62,405 nucleotides of DNA from Acutalibacteraceae bacterium (GTDB taxonomy: Bacteria; Bacillota; Clostridia; Oscillospirales; Acutalibacteraceae). The notes under the pieces were generated by a model. The model did not search any database, had not been told where the DNA came from, and saw nothing but the letters and a program-made list of their open reading frames with translations. This document shows positions 17,918 through 26,551 of this stretch, in pieces (positions within the stretch are counted from its first letter, which is position 1; every line of letters begins with the position of its first letter). The position numbers and the translations under genes were made by a program. Where the stretch lies: contig JAZQUF010000182.1 in assembly GCA_045631165.1 (NCBI GenBank), positions 1 through 62,405 of the forward strand, given 5' to 3'.

Positions 17918-18339
17918 TGTCTGAGAGCATTAAACTTCATTATGATGTTTCCGGTACGGATTTTACCAGAGCCGGTGCTGCTTCAAGCGACGTCAAACGT
18001 AATCTTAAGCAGCTTGGTGTATCGCCCAATGCTATAAGAAATGTTGCCATAGCTATGTATGAGGGCGAAATCAATATGGTTATACACGCCGGTGGCGGAG
18101 AAATAGATGTAGAAATTACGGAAAATGATATAAATATGATACTTGAAGACCACGGCCCCGGTATCGAAAATGTGGAGCTCGCTATGAAAGAGGGCTACTC
18201 AACTGCGCCTGACAATATCCGCTCTCTCGGATTCGGTGCAGGTATGGGTCTGCCTAACATCAAGAAGTATACTGATGATTTTAAGATCGAAACCGAGGTA
18301 GGCGTAGGCACCAGATTAATATTGAAGGTAAACATATAA
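17917..18339 (+). CDS. HATPase_c-type ATP-binding protein (RsbW/SpoIIAB-like anti-sigma regulatory kinase fold)
   Basis: 140 aa with N-box-like EGEINMVIH and G-boxes DHGPGI and GFGAGMGL. Confidence 0.7.
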   Translation: MSESIKLHYDVSGTDFTRAGAASSDVKRNLKQLGVSPNAIRNVAIAMYEGEINMVIHAGGGEIDVEITENDINMILEDHGPGIENVELAMKEGYSTAPDNIRSLGFGAGMGLPNIKKYTDDFKIETEVGVGTRLILKVNI

Positions 18340-18372
18340 GGTGATAGTCACCTTGCAAAAAGAGGTGGAAAT

Positions 18373-19695
18373 ATGGCTGTTATTTTTCATTCTGTACGCC
18401 TGGATGCAGATAAATGTCAGGGCTGTACCAATTGTATAAAGCGTTGTCCTACAGAGGCAATACGAGTGAGAAACAAAAAGGCATACATCATATCTGACAG
18501 ATGTATCGACTGCGGTGAATGTATAAGAGTTTGTCCGCACCATGCAAAGTACGCAGTGAGTGAGCACTTTAACGAGATTGTCAACTATAAATACAGAATA
18601 GCCCTTCCGGCACCTGCTCTTTACGGACAGTTCAACAATCTTGAAAATGTTGATTACGTGCTTACGGGTCTCAAAAAAATGGGCTTTGACGATATTGTGG
18701 AGGTATCGAAGGGCGCTGAAATACTCAGCTCGGCAACAAGAGAAATGTTTGAAAACGGTGAGCTTAAAAAACCTGTTATTTCATCTGCCTGTCCGGCTGT
18801 TGTAAGACTTATCAGAACAAGATTCCCTAATCTTCTGGGAAATCTCTTGCCGACATGTGCGCCTATTGATATTGCGGCAAAGATTGCAAGAGAAAAAGCA
18901 AAGAGGGAAACCAATTATACCGACGAGGAAATAGGTGTATTTTTTATAACACCTTGTCCTGCAAAAAGAACGGCTATCAGAAGTCCGCTGTGTCATGAAA
19001 ACTACGGCATAAACGGAGCTGTTGCGATAAAGGATATATATCCTGTTTTGGTGCAGACAATGGATAAGCTCAGAACAGATGAGATTGAAGCAATCAACGA
19101 CTCGGGTATTATCGGTGTCGGTTGGTGCAGCAGCGGTGGTGAAGCTGCCGGTCTTCTCAAAGAGAGATATCTTGCGGCAGACGGTATAGAGAATGTAATA
19201 AATGTACTTGAAGAGCTTGAAGACGAAAAGCTGAATGACCTTGATTTTATAGAACTTAATTGCTGTACGGGCGGTTGTGTAGGCGGTGTGCATACGGTAG
19301 AGAATCCCTATGTTGCCAAGGCCAGAATTCAGAGACTCCGTAAGTTTATGCCAATATCCTGTAATTCGCTTGAGGATTATTTCAATCTCGATGATCTCGG
19401 CTGGACTAAGGAGCTTACTCCGTCACCGGCAATGAAGCCTGCGGCTAATGTTATTACGGCTATGAAGATGATGTCTAAGCTCAGAGAAATTGAAAGTAAC
19501 CTTCCGGGTCTGGATTGCGGTATCTGTGGTGCACCCAGCTGCAGAGCCCTTGCGGATGATATCGTTCGCGGATATGCTCAGGAAGCCGACTGTGTTTTAC
19601 ATAATATCCGTGTGGGTGGTAAAGATGATTGGTTGCCTGCACCATTCAGAATCAAGGTGCAGAATGAAGATACAGGTGAAAAAAATGAAGATTAA
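18373..19695 (+). CDS. [FeFe]-hydrogenase large-subunit-like Fe-S protein (putative sensory, degenerate H-domain)
   Basis: Two CxxCxxCxxxCP ferredoxin motifs. H-cluster-like motifs SSAC(140)P, TPC(195)PAKR, NCC(298)TGGC(302)VGG. C-terminal CGICGAPSC motif. Confidence 0.7.
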   Translation: MAVIFHSVRLDADKCQGCTNCIKRCPTEAIRVRNKKAYIISDRCIDCGECIRVCPHHAKYAVSEHFNEIVNYKYRIALPAPALYGQFNNLENVDYVLTGLKKMGFDDIVEVSKGAEILSSATREMFENGELKKPVISSACPAVVRLIRTRFPNLLGNLLPTCAPIDIAAKIAREKAKRETNYTDEEIGVFFITPCPAKRTAIRSPLCHENYGINGAVAIKDIYPVLVQTMDKLRTDEIEAINDSGIIGVGWCSSGGEAAGLLKERYLAADGIENVINVLEELEDEKLNDLDFIELNCCTGGCVGGVHTVENPYVAKARIQRLRKFMPISCNSLEDYFNLDDLGWTKELTPSPAMKPAANVITAMKMMSKLREIESNLPGLDCGICGAPSCRALADDIVRGYAQEADCVLHNIRVGGKDDWLPAPFRIKVQNEDTGEKNED

Positions 19696-20011
19696 AGAAT
19701 TCGTTGAAACATTAGATCTCAAGGTGCTTACTCCCTATGACGCCGAAAGAGAAATAACAGGCTGCTACAGCGGAGATCTCTTGTCATGGGTTATGTCCAG
19801 AGCAAAAGAGGGGGATGTGTGGCTTACGGTTATGGGGAATATCAACGCCGTTGCTGTGGCTGTGCTCAGTGATTGTGCTTGTATATTGCTCACAGAAAAC
19901 GCTGCTCTTGATGAACAGGCTAAAGTGAAAGCTGAGATGCAAGGTGTATGCTTTCTGCAAAGCTCAAAGAATGCCTATGAACTGGCTGTAGAAATATCTG
20001 AGCTGATATGA
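19685..20011 (+). CDS. DRTGG-domain protein (second copy)
   Basis: Start at MKIKEFVETL (19685) overlaps the upstream stop by 11 nt. The longer listed ORF (19490) lies inside the previous gene. Confidence 0.65.
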   Translation: MKIKEFVETLDLKVLTPYDAEREITGCYSGDLLSWVMSRAKEGDVWLTVMGNINAVAVAVLSDCACILLTENAALDEQAKVKAEMQGVCFLQSSKNAYELAVEISELI

Positions 20012-20733
20012 AACTGTATTATGATTTGCATCTTCATTCATGTCTGTCGCCTTGCGGAGACAATGATATGACTCCTTATAACCTTGTCAATATGGCAAAG
20101 ATTTTCGGTTATGATATTATTGCATTGACAGATCATAACAGCTGTAAAAACTGCGAAAGTGCTATGAAAATAGGGGCGAAAATCGGAATTACCGTTGTGC
20201 CGGGTATGGAGCTTTGTACCAGTGAGGAAATTCATAATGTTTGTCTTTTTCCGTCTCTTAAGAAAGCGATGGAGTTTTCCGATTATATTTACAGCACCCT
20301 GCCACCTGTGAAAAACAGAGAGAAAATCTTTGGTGAGCAGCTTGTTATGGACTGCGAAGACGGTGTGCTCAGTAAGGAAGAAATTCTGCTGACAACGGCA
20401 AGCTCTGTAAGTATCAGTGAGCTGGGTGAAATTGTAGAGAAGTATGACGGCGTTTGCTATCCTGCACATATTGACAGAAACTCATACAGTATTATTTCTG
20501 CTTTAGGCGATTTTCCGCCTGAGGTAGAGTCGAGATGCTTTGAGCTTACACCCGGTGCAAGGGCTGAGGAATATCTTGAAAAGTATCCTGCAACAAAAGG
20601 AAAGCTTATAATCAGAAGCTCGGATGCTCACTATCTTGAAAATATGCGTGAGCCTGAATTTATGATGGATTTACCTGAAAACAGCGCAATTGCACTGATA
20701 GATTATCTGAAAGGAAGACACAACAATGAATGA
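20008..20733 (+). CDS. PHP-domain protein (second copy)
   Basis: ATGA start/stop overlap. Motifs DLHLHSCLSPCGD, ALTDHNS, PAHIDR, SSDAH. Confidence 0.75.
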   Translation: MKLYYDLHLHSCLSPCGDNDMTPYNLVNMAKIFGYDIIALTDHNSCKNCESAMKIGAKIGITVVPGMELCTSEEIHNVCLFPSLKKAMEFSDYIYSTLPPVKNREKIFGEQLVMDCEDGVLSKEEILLTTASSVSISELGEIVEKYDGVCYPAHIDRNSYSIISALGDFPPEVESRCFELTPGARAEEYLEKYPATKGKLIIRSSDAHYLENMREPEFMMDLPENSAIALIDYLKGRHNNE

Positions 20734-21178
20734 AAAGGAAAGAGCCGTCAGTCTTTTTAAAGAAGGATATAACTGTTCGCAGTCAGTGTTTGTGGCTTTT
20801 TCTCATCGTTTCGGTTTAGATGAAGAAACGGCCAAAAAGATATCGGCAGGTCTTGGTGGCGGACTCGGAAGAATGAGAGAGGTCTGCGGAGCTGTAAGCG
20901 GTGCTGCAATGGTTATAGGCAGTATATGTGCACCTGTTGACGGTAAAGACAGTGAAAGCAAAATGGCAAATTACGAGCTTGTCCGTGAATTCGCTGACAG
21001 ATTTACAAAAAGAAACGGCAGTATTATCTGCCGTGAGCTTCTTGGTCTTGATGTTAAAATGGAAAAGAGTGCCGAGCCTGAAAAAAGAACAGCAGAGTAC
21101 TATAAAAAAAGGCCGTGTGTGGAATTGGTTGCAGATGCAGCTGAGATTTTAGAGGAGCTTATAGCAGAAAACAAGTAA
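20726..21178 (+). CDS. C_GCAxxG_C_C family (putative redox-active) protein
   Basis: N-terminal EGYNCSQSV, central CGAVSGA and C-terminal KRPCVELV, matching the family pattern. Overlaps the upstream stop by 8 nt. Confidence 0.75.
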   Translation: MNEKERAVSLFKEGYNCSQSVFVAFSHRFGLDEETAKKISAGLGGGLGRMREVCGAVSGAAMVIGSICAPVDGKDSESKMANYELVREFADRFTKRNGSIICRELLGLDVKMEKSAEPEKRTAEYYKKRPCVELVADAAEILEELIAENK

Positions 21179-21181
21179 AGC

Positions 21182-21231
21182 TCTTTTGATTACTTTTCTT
21201 TCGGGAAAAGTAATGCCCGTACGACGTGGAG
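21182..21231 (+). repeat. Family-A post-stop hairpin element, copy A1
   Basis: TCTTTTGAT + ATTACTTTTC/GAAAAGTAAT stem + tail GCCCGTACGACGTGGAG. Starts 4 nt after the stop at 21178. Confidence 0.7.
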
Positions 21232-21244
21232 AATAATAAAAGAG

Positions 21245-21284
21245 AAACAGCTCTGTTTTGAAATGAAACAGAGCTGTTATTTTA
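21245..21284. terminator. Bidirectional terminator
   Basis: AACAGCTCTGTTT / AAACAGAGCTGTT 13-bp stem between convergent genes. Confidence 0.8.
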
Positions 21285-21287
21285 TAA

Positions 21288-22235
21288 TCAGATATGATCT
21301 TTATATCTTTCGGCAGTGATAATGCCGTCTTCTACGTGAAGCTTGCATATACGTGCATTTCTTGCATCAAATGCGCTAGCGCCTGTAGCGTTGTCGTAGT
21401 CTCTTGCGTGATAGATGGCATACCACTGACCTTCGTGTTTTATCATTGAATGATGGCCTGTGCCTTCCTCGAATTCATTTGCTTTGAGTACGGGGTGGTA
21501 GGTAGTGTCATCGGGATATTTTTCAAATTTAATCTTTGTAAGGTCGGTTTCATCAGTCTTGGCTCTTGCATAACCGATGTAGTATGTAGGTTGCTCGAAG
21601 CAGTTGCCTGAATACATAAGGTACTGCCAGTCGCCCTCTTTGAAATAGAAAGCGCCCTCGATGGTGTGCCAGTGCTGACCTTTTTTATATCTGTCACGGC
21701 AGTAGATATCCTCATCGAGAGTAGGCTCAACAACGAGTACGGGATTCTCTGCGGGAGTGAGAGGATCGAGCATTTTATCAACATAGATGCAGGTGCCGAT
21801 TCTTTCGCCTTCGAATCTGTTTGCTGAATAGAAAAGGAAAAGTCCTGCTTCGTTTTTAACGATGTGTGAGTCAATTGAGAAAGGATGAAGGATTCTCTTG
21901 ATGCAGGTGAAAGGTCCGAGGGGATTATCTGCAACGCTTACGTGCATTGCACCTCTGTGACCGCCCTTGTCAGGTGTATCGTCATAAATCTCAATTGAGT
22001 TGTACATATAGAATTTACCGTCAAGCTCGATAACGCTGGGCGCCCAGAAGGAATCTCTTTCGGGTACTGTCATAACGATGCCGTGGTACTCCCAACCCTC
22101 AAAGAGGTTGTCTGAATGATAAGCATAAACTCCGTCGTGGCCTGTGACATAGATATAGTATCTGCCGCCGCTTTCTAAGATATAGGGGTCAGCCTGACCC
22201 TGATAGTTTCCGCTTTCAACTTTAAGTAAATGCAT
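21288..22235 (-). CDS. Glycoside hydrolase family 43 protein
   Basis: Motifs ADPYILE (catalytic Asp region), WAPSVIE, IEGAFYF. Start set at MHLLKVES (22235); the listed extension to 22445 overlaps the divergent phosphatase gene. Confidence 0.75.
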   Translation of the reverse strand: MHLLKVESGNYQGQADPYILESGGRYYIYVTGHDGVYAYHSDNLFEGWEYHGIVMTVPERDSFWAPSVIELDGKFYMYNSIEIYDDTPDKGGHRGAMHVSVADNPLGPFTCIKRILHPFSIDSHIVKNEAGLFLFYSANRFEGERIGTCIYVDKMLDPLTPAENPVLVVEPTLDEDIYCRDRYKKGQHWHTIEGAFYFKEGDWQYLMYSGNCFEQPTYYIGYARAKTDETDLTKIKFEKYPDDTTYHPVLKANEFEEGTGHHSMIKHEGQWYAIYHARDYDNATGASAFDARNARICKLHVEDGIITAERYKDHI

Positions 22236-22416
22236 AGATTTTCTCCTGTAAGTTTTATTTTCTTGATTATATAATGAATGACGGTAAATTGCAAGAAAAA
22301 TATGAAAGCGGTATTTTGATAAAAGCTTTCCCGGTGGATAATTAAGAGTTATCTTATACTTGATTTCTTCATAAAAAATGATATAATTATATAAAATAAT
22401 TTGGGAGGAGAAAATC

Positions 22417-23544
22417 ATGTTAAATTCTTTTATGGTAAAAATCACAGCTTCATTTATCAGTTTTATACTTGCTTTCGGAACCTTCTTCGGTGCATATAAG
22501 GCACCGAAAACACAGGAAGCTTCAAAGTATTTTGATGATAATATTAAAAATGTAATCTATCTTATCGGTGACGGTATGGGCTTCAATCACCTTGAAAAAA
22601 CGAAGGTAGAGAGAAATACCGAGCTTGTTATGGATACATTTGAAATCAAGGGCAGTTCAATGACCAGATCATTCAACAAAAAGGTTACTGACAGTGCCGC
22701 AGGCGGTACAGCCTTGTCTTCGGGTATCAGAACAAACAACAGTGCCGTTGGTGTTTATCCTTTTGATAAGCAGGCTAAATATTCATATCCGAAAAACATT
22801 ACCGAGCTTTGTATGGAAAGAGGTATGCTTACAGGCGTAGTTACCTCAGATGCAACAACAGGCGCAACACCGTCATCGTTTTCAGCTCACGAATCAAACA
22901 GAAATAATACTGCAGAACTCACTGCGGATCAGTTTGAGTCAGGTATAAATCTTATCTGGGGTCTTTCAAATGGCGTTGCAACCAAGAGCAATGCCGAAAG
23001 CGCAGGATACGAATATATCACAACATATGATGAAATGATGAGTCTTGAAGAAGGCAGTTACAGCTATGCACAGTTTAATAACAATCTGTGGACTGTTGAG
23101 CAGTCAGACAGTGAGACGCCTACTCTCGAGCAAATGTCAATGAAAGCTATTGATATTCTTGATGATACAGATGAGGGCTTCTTCCTTATGATTGAGGGTG
23201 CACACATTGACAAGCACTCACACAGCAACGATTCGGATGAAATGACAGAATCACTTGAGTCTTTTGATGATACCATTGAAGCTGTTCTCGAATATGCAAA
23301 GGCTGACGGTGAAACCCTTGTTGTTGTAACTGCTGACCACGAAACAGGAGCAATCACATCCGAGGGCGACGGTTATATATTCACAAGCGGTGACCATTCA
23401 GCTGCTGATGTACCCGTGCTTGTTTACGGCTCAGAAAAGCTTATTGCAAATGGAGAGAAGCTCAACAACTACGAAATTCCCATCAGAATAGCTTATGTTT
23501 TAGGCTTCGATGAAACACAGTTCCCCGTGGCTGTTAAAGTCTGA
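22417..23544 (+). CDS. Alkaline phosphatase (PhoA family), secreted
   Basis: Motifs IGDGMG, DSAAGGTALSSG (Ser nucleophile), EGAHIDKHSH, TADHETG. RBS GGGAGGAG. Confidence 0.85.
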   Translation: MLNSFMVKITASFISFILAFGTFFGAYKAPKTQEASKYFDDNIKNVIYLIGDGMGFNHLEKTKVERNTELVMDTFEIKGSSMTRSFNKKVTDSAAGGTALSSGIRTNNSAVGVYPFDKQAKYSYPKNITELCMERGMLTGVVTSDATTGATPSSFSAHESNRNNTAELTADQFESGINLIWGLSNGVATKSNAESAGYEYITTYDEMMSLEEGSYSYAQFNNNLWTVEQSDSETPTLEQMSMKAIDILDDTDEGFFLMIEGAHIDKHSHSNDSDEMTESLESFDDTIEAVLEYAKADGETLVVVTADHETGAITSEGDGYIFTSGDHSAADVPVLVYGSEKLIANGEKLNNYEIPIRIAYVLGFDETQFPVAVKV

Positions 23545-23553
23545 TATTAAAAG

Positions 23554-23588
23554 TACCCTGCCGAAAAGGCAGGGTATGATTTTTTTTA
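23554..23588. terminator. Bidirectional terminator
   Basis: TACCCTGCC GAAAA GGCAGGGTA followed by T8. Confidence 0.85.
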
Positions 23589-24671
23589 TGAGAGCATTGC
23601 GATTATTTCTTTGAACTCTGCCGAGGACTTGAAGTCGTCGGATAGGGGGTAGTTCTGAATGGTTTCTTTCATCCAGCTTTTAGCTATGAAGGTTGTGCCG
23701 AGAGATTGCTTGTCAAAGGTTTTGCCCTCAAAGAGAGTTGAGTGAAGAGTAGTAACTCTGTCAAGATTATCAAATTTAACAGCGAGTTCTGCACTTCTTC
23801 TCAGATTGTGCAGAGCTTTTTCTTTGTCGCCTTTTTCGAAATAAAACCAACCAAGCATACCATAACAGCGACTCATTACAGTTCTCCACATTCTGCCGTA
23901 GTTGCCGTCATCGTAGATGTAATTGAAAAAGTCTTTTGTCCTTTCTGATATTTCAATCTGATAATCACGGCTGAATTTGTCGGTGTAATAATAATCTGAA
24001 ACAGCACAGTAAAACAGAAACATCTGTTCTTCTATAGCTTCCATAATTATTTTGTCAGCATCGGGATGATTGTGAAGTCGATAGCAGTAACAATAATTTT
24101 CTCTGCCGTCTCTCATAAGTGGCATTTCTCTTATAATAGGCTCATAATCCTCGAAAGTTACTGTAGGATTCTTTTTACAAGCAAGATTACTCATAAGATC
24201 AATATAATATCTCTTGGCACAAATGCGGATAGAATCCTTGGTGCAGTTGTTCTGTATATTTTGATATATGGACATAATCTGAGGAATGCGCTGTTCAAGG
24301 GTATCATAATCATCATAAAAAATAAGATAGCCCAACCATCTAAGTTGTACTCTGAAATCTGTCGGATATTTTTCTCTTAGGTTTGTTATAGCTTTTAATA
24401 TAAGCTTTGTATCAGTGAAATTATCGTGCTCTTTGAGAAGTTGTTTTATTTCCTCCTCATCCTGAGCCTTATTCACGCCCATAAGCTCGTCGATTGACAC
24501 ACTGAAGAAACCTGCAATGGCGGGAAGAAGTGTTATGTCAGGGTAACTTTCCCCGCGTTCCCACTTGCTTATGCTCTGAAAGGTAACGCCTAAAAAATCA
24601 GCGAGGTTTTCTTGTGTTATATCTTTTTCACGGCGAAGCCTCTTAATGTTTTCACCAATGTAAATGTTCAT
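23586..24671 (-). CDS. XRE-family HTH regulator with large helical/TPR-like C-terminal domain (RRNPP-like architecture)
   Basis: N-terminus IKRLRREKDITQENLADFLGVTFQSISKWERGESYP. About 290 aa of helical repeat region (..GWFYFEKGDKEKALHNLRRSAELA..). Confidence 0.7.
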   Translation of the reverse strand: MNIYIGENIKRLRREKDITQENLADFLGVTFQSISKWERGESYPDITLLPAIAGFFSVSIDELMGVNKAQDEEEIKQLLKEHDNFTDTKLILKAITNLREKYPTDFRVQLRWLGYLIFYDDYDTLEQRIPQIMSIYQNIQNNCTKDSIRICAKRYYIDLMSNLACKKNPTVTFEDYEPIIREMPLMRDGRENYCYCYRLHNHPDADKIIMEAIEEQMFLFYCAVSDYYYTDKFSRDYQIEISERTKDFFNYIYDDGNYGRMWRTVMSRCYGMLGWFYFEKGDKEKALHNLRRSAELAVKFDNLDRVTTLHSTLFEGKTFDKQSLGTTFIAKSWMKETIQNYPLSDDFKSSAEFKEIIAMLS

Positions 24672-24886
24672 ATTATCACCTCTGATAAATTATTACTGAT
24701 CAGCCTGAATCTATAATACTCTATATGCAAAGTAAATACAATAACTTGATTGTTGAGAAATTTTCAACTGAAGATTGAAAAAATGTTAAAAAAGTGTTTG
24801 TGAAAAAATAAAGAATATTAGTTTTGTTGACTTTTAATAATGCTTTTTGATATACTTGTTCGTAGTAAACATAAAGGAGTTTCGAA

Positions 24887-26107
24887 ATGTTTTCAGAAAA
24901 TAAACTTTCAAACCGCAAGATTTTTCTTGCTGTGGGCGTATTTGCTATGCTCTTTTCAGGCATCCTCTATGCCTGGTCAATATTAAAGGTGCCTCTCAAA
25001 GCTGAATTTGCTTTCAGTGATTCGGCTCTGGCTTTTAACTTTACTCTTACAATGAGCTTTTTCTGTATCGGTGCTTTTCTCGGCAGTAAGCTCTTTAAAC
25101 GTATCGGTACAAAGTTAACTATAATTTTATCCGGTGTTCTTGTTGGTATCGGATTCTTCTGCACAGGCATAATGCCCGGAAATATTGCTTTTCTTTATAT
25201 TTTTTATGCTCTCTTTGCAGGGCTTGGCATTGGTATTGCATACAATGTTGTGATATCTACTGTCAGTGCGTGGTTCCCCGATAAAAAAGGTCTGTGCTCA
25301 GGTGCGCTTATGATGGCTTTCGGTGCAAGTACTCTTATTCTTGGTAAGGTTGTTGAATTCCTCTTTGCCTCAGAGGGTATAGGCTGGAAGAAAACGTATA
25401 TGATTTTCGGCGTTGTACTTGCTCTGGTACTAATCCTTACAGGTTTTATACTTAAGCGTCCCGGTGCAGAGGTAGTTTTCCCTGAGACTAAGGCAACTAA
25501 ATCAGCCAACAAAGAAAACTTTGAAAGCAAGGATTATACCACAACCGAGATGGTTAAGCGTTTTACCTTCTGGCGCGCTTTTATATGTCTTGTTTGTCTC
25601 ACTGCAGTCGGTAGCTCTGTTATCAGCTTCACAAGAGATCTCGTGCTTTCAGTTGGTGCAGAGGCGTCTCTTGCAACTACGTTGGTAGGTGTGCTCTCAA
25701 TTTGTAACGGACTTGGCAGAATTTTCACAGGCGCACTTTTCGATGCTGTAGGTCGTCGCATTACTATGCTTGCAGCTAATATTGTTACTATCCTGGCAGC
25801 AGGTATCACACTGCTTGCAGTATTCGCAAGCTCGTTGCCTCTTTGTATTGCAGGACTTTGCCTTACAGGTATATCATACGGCTCATGTCCCACAGTCGCT
25901 TCTGCATTTACAGCGGCATTCTACGGAACCAAGAACTTCCCTACAAATTTCAGTGTTACAAACTTCAATCTTTTAGTTGCTTCATTTATTGCAACTGCAA
26001 GCAGCAACCTTCTTATGTCAACAGGTAGTTATGTTGCACCGTTTATAATGCTTCTTGCTCTTTCAAGCTTTGCTTTGGTGCTTAATGTAAGTATTCGTCG
26101 TCCGTAA
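24887..26107 (+). CDS. MFS transporter (oxalate/formate antiporter-like)
   Basis: 12 TM segments and RBS AAAGGAG. OFA-like N-terminus and loop FPDKKGLCSGALMMAFG. Confidence 0.65.
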   Translation: MFSENKLSNRKIFLAVGVFAMLFSGILYAWSILKVPLKAEFAFSDSALAFNFTLTMSFFCIGAFLGSKLFKRIGTKLTIILSGVLVGIGFFCTGIMPGNIAFLYIFYALFAGLGIGIAYNVVISTVSAWFPDKKGLCSGALMMAFGASTLILGKVVEFLFASEGIGWKKTYMIFGVVLALVLILTGFILKRPGAEVVFPETKATKSANKENFESKDYTTTEMVKRFTFWRAFICLVCLTAVGSSVISFTRDLVLSVGAEASLATTLVGVLSICNGLGRIFTGALFDAVGRRITMLAANIVTILAAGITLLAVFASSLPLCIAGLCLTGISYGSCPTVASAFTAAFYGTKNFPTNFSVTNFNLLVASFIATASSNLLMSTGSYVAPFIMLLALSSFALVLNVSIRRP

Positions 26108-26130
26108 GGGTGAAATAATATAAAAGAATG

Positions 26131-26158
26131 ACCGACGGTGTAAAAACCGTCGGTTTTG
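26131..26158 (+). terminator. Rho-independent terminator
   Basis: ACCGACGG / CCGTCGGT stem followed by TTTTG. Confidence 0.7.
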
Positions 26159-26289
26159 TGATGTTGTGATAATTGTGGGCGGTTCAATTGATGGCTCTTG
26201 CTTTTATATGTAAGTTTAATAAAAATAATGAATAATACAAAGATGATTTGTCAAACTAAGTGCAACACTTTTTGATGGAATCCTCAAAC

Positions 26290-26317
26290 AAAAAAACAGT
26301 AACCTTTCAGTTACTGC
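26290..26317 (-). terminator. Terminator downstream of tRNA-Pro
   Basis: CAGTAAC / GTTACTG stem with a T7 run on the minus strand. Confidence 0.7.
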
Positions 26318-26324
26318 TTTTTTA

Positions 26325-26401
26325 TGGTCGAGGCGACAGGACTTGAACCTGCGGCATCCTGCTCCCAAAGCAGGCACTCTACCAAACTGAGCTACGCCTC
26401 G
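26325..26401 (-). tRNA. tRNA-Pro (anticodon TGG)
   Basis: 77 nt. Acceptor CGAGGCG/CGCCTCG, anticodon stem CCTGC/GCAGG with loop TTTGGGA, T-loop TTCAAGT, encoded CCA. Confidence 0.9.
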
Positions 26402-26413
26402 AATTGCTTTGTT

Positions 26414-26442
26414 ATTATACACTTTAACCATATATTTGTCAA
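26414..26442 (-). promoter_or_regulatory. Consensus sigma-A promoter driving tRNA-Pro
   Basis: Minus strand: TTGACA, 17-nt spacer, TATAAT, ending 12 nt before the tRNA 5' end. Confidence 0.75.
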
Positions 26443-26474
26443 GAGTTTTGTCTTTTTTGACGGGTAATATTTTG

Positions 26475-26503
26475 TTGACAGCCGAACCCTGACAAGGTAA
26501 AAT
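26475..26503 (+). promoter_or_regulatory. Sigma-A-type promoter for the esterase gene
   Basis: TTGACA, 17-nt spacer, TAAAAT. Confidence 0.55.
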
Positions 26504-26551
26504 TATATTGTTGGATTGTTATAAAATATTTTTAATAGGAGATGAAACATT

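Noticed and set aside
19490-19684. Upstream part of listed ORF 19490..20011
   Set aside because: It lies out of frame inside the 3' end of the hydrogenase-like gene. The DRTGG-domain homology begins at MKIKEFV (19685), which forms a typical overlapping start/stop junction.
22236-22445. N-terminal 70-codon extension of the GH43 ORF (listed as 21288..22445)
   Set aside because: The extension is AT-rich, low-complexity and Ile/Tyr/Phe-heavy. It overlaps the RBS and start of the divergent alkaline phosphatase gene. A good start (MHLLKVES) with a conserved GH43 N-terminus lies at 22235.
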